This document shows positions 9,144-19,412 of a stretch of DNA of 64,000 nt, in pieces; the first letter of the stretch is position 1, and each line of letters opens with the position of its first letter. The position numbers were made by a program, and so were the translations under genes. A model generated the notes under the pieces. The model was not told where the DNA came from. It made no database searches and was given only the letters and a program-made list of their open reading frames with translations. This DNA comes from an uncultured Nitrososphaerota archaeon (GTDB lineage Archaea > Thermoproteota > Nitrososphaeria > Nitrososphaerales > Gagatemarchaeaceae). The stretch covers positions 800,001 to 864,000 of the forward strand of contig OY969807.1 in NCBI GenBank assembly GCA_963703285.1, in the 5' to 3' direction.

Positions 9144-10367
9144 TTGACGAAATCGAATGAAAGAGAAATCACGGTCGTGAAGTTCGGCGGTTCGGTCCTC
9201 GAGGACGAGAGGTCGATAGACGCGGCCGCGCAACTCGTCCGTGAGACTTCTGAGAGGGGATTGGGGGTGGTGGTGGTCGTATCGGCGATGAAGGGCGTTA
9301 CCGACCAGCTCATAGCGCTCTCGAAGCGCGTGGATCCCGACATGGAGGGGTCGCTCATGGACGAACTGCTCGCGTCCGGCGAGAAGACGAGCGCGAGGCT
9401 CATGGCCGGCGCGCTCGCCGGTCACGGAATCAGGTCGGTCGTCGTGGACCCGGAGACACCCTACTGGCCGATAGTGACGGATGCCAGGCATCTAGACTCC
9501 AACCCTATCATGGACCTGAGCAGGGAGAAGGCGCAGGAGAACCTGGTCCCTCTTCTGCACGAGGGGCTGGTACCCGTGGTCTGCGGTTTCCTGGGCAAGA
9601 CCGTCGACGGCAGGACGACGACCATGGGCAGGGGAGGGTCGGACACTACGGCCGTCGTCCTCGGCAGCTGCTTGGACGCCTCGGAGGTCGTGCTAATCAA
9701 GGACGTCGAAGGGGTCTACACGAGCGACCCCGACAAGGTCAAGAACCCGCAGTTCATCAAGTCCCTAAACGGCGAGGAGGCCGAGATGCTGGCCGCGGGC
9801 GGGGCGAAGTTCCTCCACGTCAAGGCGCTGCGCTACCAAGGGAGCGGACTCAAACTGAGGGTCACGAGCCTCCAGAAGCTCAACTCGGGGACGATCATCA
9901 AGGGCGACCTCGCGCCGATCAGCCTCGAGGTCTTCCCGCAGGGCGTATCGATGATAACGGTCGTCGGCCTCGATGCGAAGAAGATCGAGTCCGTCTCGCA
10001 GCTGACCCGCGCGGTCAGAGATGACGGAGGATCGCTCCTCGCGCTCTCCCTCGAGAGCACCTCAGCAATCTTCTATGTGGCGGGGGGGAAGAACGTGCTC
10101 GACCAGGTCCACCACGTGCTCGTGGGCGAGAGCATCGGCAAGGCCGTGTCATCGTTCGACGGGCTCTCGATGATCACGGTGAGGGGTAGCTCGCTAGAGA
10201 CCGAGACGGGCATAATCCAGAGGATAACCCAGCCACTCGCACGCGCTTCCATCAACCTGTACGGCATTGTCACCATACGCTCATCGATCAGGGTGTTCGT
10301 CTCGTCCGACCAGGCGGAGAAGGCGCTCGGCCTGATCCGGGACGCGACGCTGGTGAAGGGGCCATGA
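9144..10367 (+). CDS. lysC: Aspartate kinase
   Basis: VVKFGGS, GRGGSDTTA and DVEGVYTSDP motifs, C-terminal ACT domains. Confidence 0.96.
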   Translation: MTKSNEREITVVKFGGSVLEDERSIDAAAQLVRETSERGLGVVVVVSAMKGVTDQLIALSKRVDPDMEGSLMDELLASGEKTSARLMAGALAGHGIRSVVVDPETPYWPIVTDARHLDSNPIMDLSREKAQENLVPLLHEGLVPVVCGFLGKTVDGRTTTMGRGGSDTTAVVLGSCLDASEVVLIKDVEGVYTSDPDKVKNPQFIKSLNGEEAEMLAAGGAKFLHVKALRYQGSGLKLRVTSLQKLNSGTIIKGDLAPISLEVFPQGVSMITVVGLDAKKIESVSQLTRAVRDDGGSLLALSLESTSAIFYVAGGKNVLDQVHHVLVGESIGKAVSSFDGLSMITVRGSSLETETGIIQRITQPLARASINLYGIVTIRSSIRVFVSSDQAEKALGLIRDATLVKGP

Positions 10368-11422
10368 AGGTCAGGGCCGGGCTCCTGGGCGCCACAGGTG
10401 CTGTCGGCCAGAGGTACGTGAACATGCTGGAGGGGCACCCGTTCATCAAGCTGGAGGTGCTGATGGGCGGCGAGTCCGCAGGAAAGAAGTACGGGGAGGC
10501 GGTGCACTGGCTCTTCCCGGAGGCCGTCCCTGAGCGCCTCGCGGATTACGAGGTGCGCAGGGCCAGACCGGAGTCTGCCCGGGGGTGCGACGTGGTCTTC
10601 TCGGCCCTGCCATCGGAGGTCGCCAAAGATATCGAGCAGAAGTTCGCCAAGGCTGGTTTCACCGTCGTCAGCGAGGCAAGCTCCCACAGGATGGATCCGG
10701 ACGTCCCCCTGATGATCCCCGAGGTGAACCCGGGGCACCTGCGGCTGCTCAAGGGTCAGGGCGAGAGGAGGGGATGGAAGGGCTCGATCACGACGACGCC
10801 CAACTGCACAGTGACGGGGCTGGCGATGGTCTTGAAACCGCTTCTGGACGAATACCCGGCCGAGAAGGCCGTCGTCACGACGATGCAGGCCCTCTCGGGC
10901 GCGGGCTACCCCGGGGTGCCGTCGCTCGCGATCACGGAGAACGTGATCCCCTACATCAAGAACGAAGAGGAGAAGGTGGCCAGGGAGGCGAAGAAGATAC
11001 TCGGGACGGTCAGGGAAGGGACCATTCGACAGAACGATATCCCGATGGCGATCTCCTGCAACAGAGTACAGGTGATCGACGGACACCTGGAGACCCTCTA
11101 CGCAGAGTTCGCCAACAAGATCGACCCCCGAGGGGTGGCCGAAGTCCTCGCGAGCTTCAGGGGACGGCCCCAGACCCTCGGGCTGCCATCCGCCCCGGTT
11201 CGGCCCATCATCGTCAGGCCGGAGAGCGACAGGCCACAGCCCAGGCTCGACAGGATGGCCGGGTCCGTCCCCGGGATGAGCGTTACGGTCGGCAGGATAA
11301 GGAACGGAATCGACGAGAGGTCGCTGCAGCTCACGCTGCTCTCGCACAACACGATCAGGGGGGCGGCGGGAACCGCAATACTTACGGCGGAGCTGATGCA
11401 GAGGGAAGGATACATAGGGTGA
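10364..11422 (+). CDS. asd: Aspartate-semialdehyde dehydrogenase
   Basis: GATGAVGQ, PEVN, PNC, QALSGAG and HNTIRGAAG motifs. Confidence 0.97.
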   Translation: MKVRAGLLGATGAVGQRYVNMLEGHPFIKLEVLMGGESAGKKYGEAVHWLFPEAVPERLADYEVRRARPESARGCDVVFSALPSEVAKDIEQKFAKAGFTVVSEASSHRMDPDVPLMIPEVNPGHLRLLKGQGERRGWKGSITTTPNCTVTGLAMVLKPLLDEYPAEKAVVTTMQALSGAGYPGVPSLAITENVIPYIKNEEEKVAREAKKILGTVREGTIRQNDIPMAISCNRVQVIDGHLETLYAEFANKIDPRGVAEVLASFRGRPQTLGLPSAPVRPIIVRPESDRPQPRLDRMAGSVPGMSVTVGRIRNGIDERSLQLTLLSHNTIRGAAGTAILTAELMQREGYIG

Positions 11423-12223
11423 ATGTGGTTGGTATCTGGCAAGCAGTTCCGGCTCTCGAGGATAACCCGCCACGGCAGGATGCTCTGCATACCTATGGAC
11501 CACTCGTTGGCGGTGGGTCCGATCGCCGGCCTGGAGAACCCTGAGGAGACCATCGAAAAGATCGCGAGGGGAGGGGCTACCGCCTTCCTCGCACAGAAGG
11601 GCATCATAAAATCGCTCAGCAGACCCGCGCCGATAGGGATGATAGTCCAGCTCTCTGCGAGCACGTCCCTCGGGCTCGCGCCGAACAGGAAGGTGCTCAT
11701 CGGGAGCGTCGCGGAAGGCCTGCGACTGGGGGCGGACGCGGTCTCGATACACGTCAACATAGGGGGAAAGGAGGAACCAGAGATGCTGCAACAGCTCGGG
11801 ATGGTGGCGGACGAATGCGACTCACACTCGGTGCCGTTCTTGGCGATGATGTATCCGAGAGGGGAGAACATCAAGGACCCGTCGGACCCTCAGGTCGTGC
11901 AGCACGCGGCCAGGATAGGGGCTGAAGCCGGAGCCGACGTCGTCAAGACCGTGTACACGGGGAGCGCAGAAACCTTCGGGGAGGTCATCAGGAAGTGCCC
12001 CGTGCCGGTTGTCTTGGCGGGGGGGTCCAAGGCGGAGTCGGACGAAGCTCTTCTAAAGATAACCTATGACGTGATGAAGGTCGGTGCGATGGGCGTCACC
12101 TACGGCAGGAACGTCTTCCAGCACAGGAACCCCATGCTGATGACGAAGGCGCTGAAGAGGATAGTGATAGACAAGGCCAGTGTCGAGGAGGCGTTGGAGG
12201 TCTTCAATACTGGTCCTTCCTGA
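11423..12223 (+). CDS. 2-amino-3,7-dideoxy-D-threo-hept-6-ulosonate synthase (AroA')
   Basis: Class I aldolase (PMDH, GADAVSIHVN, YPRG, GADVVKT, GRNVFQH) in aro operon context. Confidence 0.9.
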   Translation: MWLVSGKQFRLSRITRHGRMLCIPMDHSLAVGPIAGLENPEETIEKIARGGATAFLAQKGIIKSLSRPAPIGMIVQLSASTSLGLAPNRKVLIGSVAEGLRLGADAVSIHVNIGGKEEPEMLQQLGMVADECDSHSVPFLAMMYPRGENIKDPSDPQVVQHAARIGAEAGADVVKTVYTGSAETFGEVIRKCPVPVVLAGGSKAESDEALLKITYDVMKVGAMGVTYGRNVFQHRNPMLMTKALKRIVIDKASVEEALEVFNTGPS

Positions 12224-13235
12224 GAAGGACATAATCCTCGACGTTACGGGCCAGGGGGACGCGGAGCAGCTCCTACGAGATGCCAAGAATGTCGGAATCA
12301 AGAGGGTGGTCTCGAAGAGCAGTTCGCAGAACCTTTCCCCCGTCGACGGGATCGAGCTCATCAGGGTCTCGGACGCCGAGGGGGGTCCCGACACCGCAGC
12401 TTGGGTCGAGATATCGGGCGCCAAGGACGTCGAGAGGGCCGTTCAGGCATCAGGGAGGGGCCATGCGTTCGTCGTCGTCCAGCCCGAGAACTGGAAGGTC
12501 ATACCGCTAGAGAACCTCGTCGCTGATTTTCACAGGTCTGGCAAGCGAATCTACGCCTACATGAGGACCAAGGAGGACATGGAGATGGCGCTCTCCGTAC
12601 TCGAGAGAGGCGTGGACGGCATCGTCGTACCACCGGACGCGCTCCAGGCAGCGGCCGACTTGACCTCTGCCCTGGGGAAGGAACAACACTACTCCCTCCC
12701 CGTGGCCAAGGTGATAAGGATAGTCGACGTCGGGAACGGCGAGCGAGCGTGCATAGACACGGCATCCCAACTCGCTGTCGGAGAGGGGCTACTCGTCGGT
12801 AACAAGGCGAACTTCTTCTTCCTCGTCCACAGCGAGACCGTCCCCTCTGAGTACATCCCGACGAGGGAGTTCAGAGTGAACGCGGGCGCCATCCACAGCT
12901 ACGTGCTAGGGGAGGGAGACAAGACGAGGTACCTCTCGGAGCTGAGGTCGTCCGACCGGGTGAGGACGGTGAGCAGTGACGGAAGGTCAAGGCAGGTAGT
13001 CGTCGGCAGGGTGAAGATAGAGAGGCGTCCGCTCACGATGATAGAGGCCGAGGCTGGCGGCGAGCAGGGCAGCGTGATGCTCCAGAAGGCCGAGACCATC
13101 CGTCTCATCCGTCCCGACGGTTCTCCCGTGTCGGTGACCGAGATCAAGGTGGGCGACGAGGTGCTTGTGCACGTGACGCAGAGCAAGGCTAGGCACTTCG
13201 GCGGAGAGGTAGACGAGTTCATTCTTGAAAGGTAG
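12207..13235 (+). CDS. 3-dehydroquinate synthase II (AroB')
   Basis: WKVIPLEN, LERGVDG, RACIDT, FRVNAGAIH, YLSEL and RVKIERRP motifs. Start uncertain (ATA/CTG after a GGAGG, or GTG 12180). Confidence 0.93.
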   Translation: MLVLPEKDIILDVTGQGDAEQLLRDAKNVGIKRVVSKSSSQNLSPVDGIELIRVSDAEGGPDTAAWVEISGAKDVERAVQASGRGHAFVVVQPENWKVIPLENLVADFHRSGKRIYAYMRTKEDMEMALSVLERGVDGIVVPPDALQAAADLTSALGKEQHYSLPVAKVIRIVDVGNGERACIDTASQLAVGEGLLVGNKANFFFLVHSETVPSEYIPTREFRVNAGAIHSYVLGEGDKTRYLSELRSSDRVRTVSSDGRSRQVVVGRVKIERRPLTMIEAEAGGEQGSVMLQKAETIRLIRPDGSPVSVTEIKVGDEVLVHVTQSKARHFGGEVDEFILER

Positions 13236-13932
13236 AAGGACCGCGCGGCGGAGGACCGGCCTGGTCTGCACGACCATCTCCGCCGAGACGGGGAGCGGCA
13301 TGGCCAAGAAGGCCGCGACAGCCTTCGCCCTCGGGACCGACCTGGTCGAGCTGAGGCTAGATCTGCTCCGGAGGCCCGCTCCCGAGGTCCGCGGGGAGCT
13401 CGCCCACCTTGCGCGTAGGTCCGTCGTCACGGTCAGGCGGAGGGAAGAGGGGGGAGGATTCGAGGGGGGCGAAGGGGAGAGGCTGTCGCTCATAGAGCGG
13501 CTCTGCGAGATGCGGCCCCTCTTCATCGACATCGAACTGGAGACGGCTAGGCGGAACTTGGGATGGTTCGGCGGGCTTCCCGGAACCTCCGGGAAGATAG
13601 TCTCCTGGCACGACTTGAACCGGACGCCCGCTCTCCCGACGCTGAGACGCAAACGAGCGATGGCCGACTCGCTCGGTGGCATCACCAAGATAGTGACGCT
13701 TGCGAGGGCGGAGCGGGACAACCTGAGGGTGCTCGAGCTCTACGACCGGGACCCCGGCAGGCTCGTCGCGTTCTGCATGGGGGAAGTCGGGACAGCTTCG
13801 AGGATGGCTAGCTTCCAGCTGGGCAGTCCGATAGTCTACGCATCGCTCCCCAGCGAGCCCGTCGCACCGGGGCAGCTCTCCGTAACGACCGCGTGCAAGC
13901 TGAAGAGGATCCTGGAGAAGGGAGCATGGTAG
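13225..13932 (+). CDS. aroD: 3-dehydroquinate dehydratase type I
   Basis: ELRLD, EEGG, SWHD, FCMG and APGQ motifs. Confidence 0.93.
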   Translation: MKGRRTARRRTGLVCTTISAETGSGMAKKAATAFALGTDLVELRLDLLRRPAPEVRGELAHLARRSVVTVRRREEGGGFEGGEGERLSLIERLCEMRPLFIDIELETARRNLGWFGGLPGTSGKIVSWHDLNRTPALPTLRRKRAMADSLGGITKIVTLARAERDNLRVLELYDRDPGRLVAFCMGEVGTASRMASFQLGSPIVYASLPSEPVAPGQLSVTTACKLKRILEKGAW

Positions 13933-14756
13933 CCAGGTACCGCCTACTCGGAGAGGACGTCTCAGCTTCACCGTCACCGGCGATGATGAACGCGGCGTTC
14001 GGAACCCTTGAAATCGATGCCGTCTACGAGGCGGTCAGCGTGTGTCGCGGGGAGTTCCGGAGCAGATTCCTGGCCCTCAGGGAGGAGACCGATGGATTCA
14101 ACCTCACCATCCCATTCAAGAGCGAGGTAATCCCCTTCCTGGACGAGCTGGACGACGTCTCGCAAAGGATAGGCGCTGCCAACGTGGTCAAGAGGTCAGG
14201 AGGACGCTACGTCGGCCTCAACTCCGACGTCAACGGGATCACGGAATCCCTGAGGGAGCACCATGTGGGCCGCGTCGCGCGCGCACTGGTCATCGGCGCT
14301 GGAGGCGCGGCCAGGGCCTTCTGCGAGGCCATGAGCCAGGTTGGCTGCGGCGAGGTGACGGTTGCTGCGCGCACACGGCAAAAGGGGGAGGCCTTCGCAT
14401 CCGAGATGTCCAAGACCTTCCCGAAGATCGGATTCGAGGTCGACACCATAGACGGGCTGGGCCAGATCGAGCCTGACCTCGTGTTCAACGCAACACCCAT
14501 CGGGTCGGGCGGTCTGCCGCTACCAGAGCCGCTGGTGCGGGTTATCTATGGGCACGCGACAGTCTTCGACGCCGTGTACAGACCGATGAAAACAGAACTG
14601 CTGCGAGCGGCCGAAAGGAAGGGCGCGCGCACGATCTACGGGTACGAGATGCTCCTCAACCAGGGGACGCTGGCCTTCGAGATGTGGACCGGGAGGCGGG
14701 CCCCGAAGCACGCGATGGGGGAAGCCCTGCGCCAAGCGCTGGGGGCGGGAGATTGA
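13926..14756 (+). CDS. aroE: Shikimate dehydrogenase
   Basis: SPSP, NLTIPFK, NSD, GAGGAA, NATPIG and DAVY motifs. Confidence 0.95.
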   Translation: MVARYRLLGEDVSASPSPAMMNAAFGTLEIDAVYEAVSVCRGEFRSRFLALREETDGFNLTIPFKSEVIPFLDELDDVSQRIGAANVVKRSGGRYVGLNSDVNGITESLREHHVGRVARALVIGAGGAARAFCEAMSQVGCGEVTVAARTRQKGEAFASEMSKTFPKIGFEVDTIDGLGQIEPDLVFNATPIGSGGLPLPEPLVRVIYGHATVFDAVYRPMKTELLRAAERKGARTIYGYEMLLNQGTLAFEMWTGRRAPKHAMGEALRQALGAGD

Positions 14757-15637
14757 AGGGGCGGGGCACGACCTTCGGGGCGATCACGATAGTCAACGCC
14801 ATCGCGAGCGGAAAGGGGGTTACCGCCAGCACCAAGCTCGGGACGGAGTCGATCGTCGAGCTCGAGAACAAGGCGGGGACCTGGTCGGTCTTCGTGAACG
14901 AGAAACAAATCGAGTCGAAGCTCGCCGACGAGACGATCCGCACGGCGTTGAAGATGGCGGGGAAGGAGCCGGGAGAATACTCCGGCACGGTACGGACCAC
15001 CTCAGTCCTCCCCATGGGGGTCGGGCTCAAGACCTCTTCCTCCTCCTCGGCGGCGACGGCGCTCGCCATCTTCGCCGCGCTCGGGCAGAGGGCCTTCGAC
15101 CCGCAGAAGATAATGAACTGCAGCGTCGAGGCCTCCCTCTCGAGCGGGGCTTCCATCACCGGAGCCCTGGACGACTGCGCGTCGTGCCTTCTCGGGGGAA
15201 TCAACATGGCCGATAACCTGGGGAGGAAGATCGAGCGCTCGAAGCTCCACGACCGTCCCCTCAAGATCGTCATCAAGGTCCCGAAGGCCGCCAGCAGAAG
15301 AGCCACCGTCGACCCCTCGCAGGTCAGGAAGCTCGGGAAGGTCTCGGAGGTCCTTTACAGGATGAGCCTGGAGGGAGACCTCTGGCGCGCGATGACTCTC
15401 AATGGAACGCTTTACTCGGGAATCTACGGGTACGACTCGAGGGCCGCCCTGCTCGCCGTTGAGCATGGAGCGCTGGGGGCGTCGCTGTCGGGAACCGGAC
15501 CCGCCACAGCCGCCGTGTTCGACCCGAAGTCGAGCTCCGAGTTGGATCAGCTCCTCGAGGCGTGGAGGTCCGACGGGAGCGTGGTCCTCGAGACGGAGAC
15601 AAACAACGAACACGGGAGGATCGAGAAGATTGAGTAG
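14753..15637 (+). CDS. aroK: Archaeal shikimate kinase (GHMP family)
   Basis: AITIVNAIASGKG, GLKTSSS, TGALDD and LSGTGP motifs. TTG start overlaps the aroE stop. Confidence 0.93.
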   Translation: MKGRGTTFGAITIVNAIASGKGVTASTKLGTESIVELENKAGTWSVFVNEKQIESKLADETIRTALKMAGKEPGEYSGTVRTTSVLPMGVGLKTSSSSSAATALAIFAALGQRAFDPQKIMNCSVEASLSSGASITGALDDCASCLLGGINMADNLGRKIERSKLHDRPLKIVIKVPKAASRRATVDPSQVRKLGKVSEVLYRMSLEGDLWRAMTLNGTLYSGIYGYDSRAALLAVEHGALGASLSGTGPATAAVFDPKSSSELDQLLEAWRSDGSVVLETETNNEHGRIEKIE

Positions 15638-16913
15638 CACCGTCGTTACGGCGGGGCGGCTCGAGGGAAGCGTTAGGGTCCCTCCCAGCAAGAGCTACAC
15701 CCACAGGGCCGTCCTAATGGCCAGCCTCTCTGAGGACGAATCGACGATATCGAACGCGCTCGTCTCCAGGGACACGAAGGCGACCATCTCTGCCTGCAGG
15801 GCGATGGGCGCGGCCCTCGAACAGGACGGCTCCACGCTCCGCATCATGGGGACGGCGCCGAGGCTGCCCGAGGACGTGGTGAACGTCGAGAACTCCGGGA
15901 CGACACTCCGTTTCATGACGTCAGCCCTGGCCGCTGCGCCCGGCGGTCATGCCGTGCTCACCGGAGACTCGAGCATCAGGAGGAGGCCGATGCAGCCGCT
16001 CCTCGACACCCTAGGGGAGCTCGGCGTGGAGGCCTGGTCGACCAGGGGCAACGGGATGGCGCCGGTCGTTGTCAAGACCGGGGGCATCGTGGGAGGCAGG
16101 GCGACGATAAGGGGGGACGTCTCCTCACAGTTCGTCTCCTCCCTCCTCATCTCGACGCCGATGGCGAGCTCGGATACATCGATAGCCGTGGTCGACGCTG
16201 TCTCGAGGCCCTACATCGAGGCGACCCTTACGCTGTCTCGTCTCTTCGGGGTCAAGGTAGAGAGGGATGGGTACACCAGGTTCGACGTCGCGGCGGGACA
16301 GGCGTACAGGGGTCTCGAATTCACGGTGCCAGCCGACTTCAGCTCGGCCGCGTTCATCGTGGCGTCGATCGGGATAGCCGGCGGCAGGGTGACGCTGGAA
16401 GACCTGAACCCGCACCTTCCGCAGGGAGACTCCGCGATACTGGGCATAGCGGCCTCGATGGGACTGAAGGTGAGCTCGGCCGCGAACTCTGTGACGGTGG
16501 AGTCGGACGGCGGGAGGCTGAGGGGAGGGAGGTTCAACCTGGGCGACACGCCTGACCTGCTCCCCGTCGTTGTCGCCCTCGCGCTCAGGAGCGAGTCCGC
16601 CGTCGAGATAGTGGGGACGGCGCACGCAAGGTTCAAGGAGACCGACAGGATCGCCATCCTCGCCGCAGAACTCTCCAAGCTAGGAGCGAGAATCGAGGAG
16701 AGGCCCGACGGGATGGTGATATCCCCTGTGGACCATCTCCAACCGGCGGTCCTGGACGCGCACGACGACCACCGGATGTTCATGGCATTCGCGCTGGCTT
16801 CGATGATGATCCCGGGAGGGGCCCCCGTGATGGGGGCAGACAGCCTGGACGTTTCATACCCGAACTTCTTGGAGGACCTCGGCCGCCTGGGTGCCAAGGT
16901 GAGTGGCGCTTGA
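15630..16913 (+). CDS. aroA: EPSP synthase
   Basis: PPSKSYTHR, NSGTTLRF, SSQFVS, KETDR and DDHRM motifs. Confidence 0.97.
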   Translation: MSSTVVTAGRLEGSVRVPPSKSYTHRAVLMASLSEDESTISNALVSRDTKATISACRAMGAALEQDGSTLRIMGTAPRLPEDVVNVENSGTTLRFMTSALAAAPGGHAVLTGDSSIRRRPMQPLLDTLGELGVEAWSTRGNGMAPVVVKTGGIVGGRATIRGDVSSQFVSSLLISTPMASSDTSIAVVDAVSRPYIEATLTLSRLFGVKVERDGYTRFDVAAGQAYRGLEFTVPADFSSAAFIVASIGIAGGRVTLEDLNPHLPQGDSAILGIAASMGLKVSSAANSVTVESDGGRLRGGRFNLGDTPDLLPVVVALALRSESAVEIVGTAHARFKETDRIAILAAELSKLGARIEERPDGMVISPVDHLQPAVLDAHDDHRMFMAFALASMMIPGGAPVMGADSLDVSYPNFLEDLGRLGAKVSGA

Positions 16914-18016
16914 CAGGGAACATCGTCGGAGAGAGGTTCGTGCTGGCGAGCTTCGGAGAGAGCCACGGGAAGGTCATGGGCGCTGTGATCGACGGATGCC
17001 CGGCCGGGCTGGAGCTCTCTGAAGGAGACGTCCAGAAGGAGCTCGACCTGAGGAAGCCGGGTCAGTCGATCGTCACAACCCAGAGGAGGGAGGAGGACCT
17101 CGTCGAGATAATGAGTGGCACATTCAGGGGGTTCACCACTGGCGCACCCCTGATGATGCTGATCCGCAACAAGGACCAGGACTCGAGGCCCTACGAGGCC
17201 CTGCTCAACACCCCCCGGCCGGGGCACGCCGACGCGACTTCGAGGGAGAAGTACGGAGCCTTCAACGACTACAGGGGCGGAGGCAGGTTCTCGGGCAGGA
17301 TCACAGCCACCTTCGTGATGGGGGGCGCGGTGGCGAAGAAGCTCCTGCGGGAGACCCTCGGCGTCGAGATCATAGCCTACACCTCGGAGCTGGGGGGCAT
17401 CCGGGCCGGGGAGTTCACGCTCGACGACGCGAGGAGGAACCGCTATGCGAACGAAGTGAGGTCCCCTAACCCTGCGACGGCCGAGGAGATGAAGAAGAAG
17501 GTGGTCGAGATCAGGGGGAGGGGGGACAGCCTCGGCGGGGTAGTAGAGTGCGTCGCGCTGAACGTCCCACCCGGCCTCGGCGAACCTGTCTTCGGGTCGC
17601 TGGACTCCGACCTGGCCAGGATCGCGCTCTCCATCCCCGCGGTAAAGGGGGTCGAGTTCGGCGCGGGGTTCGCCTCGACGAGGTCTACGGGCACGCAGAA
17701 CAACGACCTCTTCAGGATTAGCGACGGCAGGCTCGTCTCCGACACGAACAACGCCGGAGGCATCCTCGGCGGCATATCCAGCGGGATGCCCATCGTCTAT
17801 CGCGTGGCGTTCAAGCCGGCGGCGTCGGTGGCATCGAAGCAACGGACGGCCGACACGTCGCGGAGGGAGCAGGTCGACCTCGTCGTCCCGGGAAGGCACG
17901 ACCCCACCGTCGTGCCGAGGGCCGTCCCGGTCGTGGAGAGCGTCACGGCGATGGTCCTGGCCGACCACGCAATCAGGGCGGGCTTTATTGCCCCGGTCCT
18001 GAAGAAGGTGGACTGA
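16910..18016 (+). CDS. aroC: Chorismate synthase
   Basis: GESHG, PRPGHAD, GGGRFSGR, GGILGGISSG and GRHDP motifs. Confidence 0.97.
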   Translation: MTGNIVGERFVLASFGESHGKVMGAVIDGCPAGLELSEGDVQKELDLRKPGQSIVTTQRREEDLVEIMSGTFRGFTTGAPLMMLIRNKDQDSRPYEALLNTPRPGHADATSREKYGAFNDYRGGGRFSGRITATFVMGGAVAKKLLRETLGVEIIAYTSELGGIRAGEFTLDDARRNRYANEVRSPNPATAEEMKKKVVEIRGRGDSLGGVVECVALNVPPGLGEPVFGSLDSDLARIALSIPAVKGVEFGAGFASTRSTGTQNNDLFRISDGRLVSDTNNAGGILGGISSGMPIVYRVAFKPAASVASKQRTADTSRREQVDLVVPGRHDPTVVPRAVPVVESVTAMVLADHAIRAGFIAPVLKKVD

Positions 18017-18017
18017 G

Positions 18018-19412
18018 ATGTCGTCTGAGAACGAGCTGCTCGCCCTGAGGGAGCAGGTCGCGGAGAGGACGAGGGAGATCATAGGGCTGATAGCGGCGAG
18101 GGACGCGCTCGCCAAGAAGATCGGGGACCTGAAGATGAGGGGGGCGCTCCCGGTCGAGGACGCCAAGGTCGAAGACGCCCTCGTCAGGCTGGTGATCCGC
18201 GAATGCGAGGAGAAGGGCGTGGACGTACAGACCGGCCTCAAAGTCCTGAGCGCCGTTCTCGCGGAGGGGAAGCGCGTCCAGGGTTACCGCGTGGAAAAGC
18301 CGCTCATAACGCCGGTGGTGATGAGCGCAAAAGCCCGCGAGCTCGAGGCGGGCGGCAGGAAGCTCATCAGGCTAGACGTCGGCGAGCCGGACTTCCACCC
18401 GCCGAAGGCGGTGGTGGAAGCGACGTCTCAGGCGCTCTACGGCTTCAAGACCCACTACACCAGCACCCGGGGAATTCCAGACCTCATCTCGGCGGTGAGG
18501 CGATACCTTGACAGGAAGAGCGGCTTCACAGCCACGGACGGCGAGGTGATGGTGACCCCCGGGGGGAGGTTCGGGGTCTACGCCGCCATCTCGACGACGG
18601 TCAAGGAGGGCGAGAGTGCAATCGTGATAGAGCCCAACTGGCCGACGTACAAGGAGGCGCTCCAGTTCATCGGAGCGCGGCCAATCTCCATACGCACCTC
18701 ATTGGAGGAGGGATGGGAGCCGTCGGTCGAGAAGATACACGACGCAATCAGACCGAACACGAGGGCCATCGTACTGAGCTACCCGGCGAACCCGACTGGG
18801 AAAATAATCTCCCCCGGGAAGTTCGCGGAGATAGTCGAGGTCGCAAACGAGCACGGGCTCACCGTGATCAGCGACGAAATCTACACGGACTACGCCTACT
18901 CAGAGTGCCCGAGCATCCTCCGGTCGGAGGCGCGGAGCTTCATCTTGACCGCCTCGTTCTCGAAGACCTGGGCGATGACAGGCTTCAGGGTCGGGTACTG
19001 CGTCTCCTCGGAGGAGAAGGTGTCGAAGATGGCCAAGGTCCAGTCGCTCGTGCTCACTTCGGTCCCTGAGTTCATCCAGTACGGCGCGATAAAGGCGCTT
19101 GACAGTAACGCGGAGGTCTCACAGAACGCGGCCGCCATGAAGGAGAGGATAGAAGTTGCAAGCCGCGAGCTCGAGCGTCTCGAGGCGCTGCGGTACGTTA
19201 AGCCCGACGGGGCGATGTACATCTTCCCCCAGGCAACGAAGGGGGACTTCGACTCGACGTCGTTCGCCATGAAGCTCCTCGAGGAGAAGGGCGTCACCAT
19301 CACGCCCGGGACGGGCTTCGGAGACTACCCGCGGTGCTTCAGGATCTCGCTAGGTCAGTCCAAAGAGACGATAGTGGAAGGGATTAGGCGGATAGGCGAG
19401 TCGCTGGCTTGA
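18018..19412 (+). CDS. Chorismate mutase (AroQ)-class I/II aminotransferase fusion
   Basis: About 90-aa helical AroQ-like N-terminus, then GEPDF, NPTG, SDEIY and SFSKTWAMTGFRVG. Confidence 0.88.
   Translation: MSSENELLALREQVAERTREIIGLIAARDALAKKIGDLKMRGALPVEDAKVEDALVRLVIRECEEKGVDVQTGLKVLSAVLAEGKRVQGYRVEKPLITPVVMSAKARELEAGGRKLIRLDVGEPDFHPPKAVVEATSQALYGFKTHYTSTRGIPDLISAVRRYLDRKSGFTATDGEVMVTPGGRFGVYAAISTTVKEGESAIVIEPNWPTYKEALQFIGARPISIRTSLEEGWEPSVEKIHDAIRPNTRAIVLSYPANPTGKIISPGKFAEIVEVANEHGLTVISDEIYTDYAYSECPSILRSEARSFILTASFSKTWAMTGFRVGYCVSSEEKVSKMAKVQSLVLTSVPEFIQYGAIKALDSNAEVSQNAAAMKERIEVASRELERLEALRYVKPDGAMYIFPQATKGDFDSTSFAMKLLEEKGVTITPGTGFGDYPRCFRISLGQSKETIVEGIRRIGESLA

Noticed and set aside
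10073-18241. Long antisense ORFs (10073-11791, 572 aa; 16211-18241, 676 aa) and many similar shadow ORFs
   Set aside because: They lie opposite well-conserved genes in GC-rich DNA and have no recognisable motifs.
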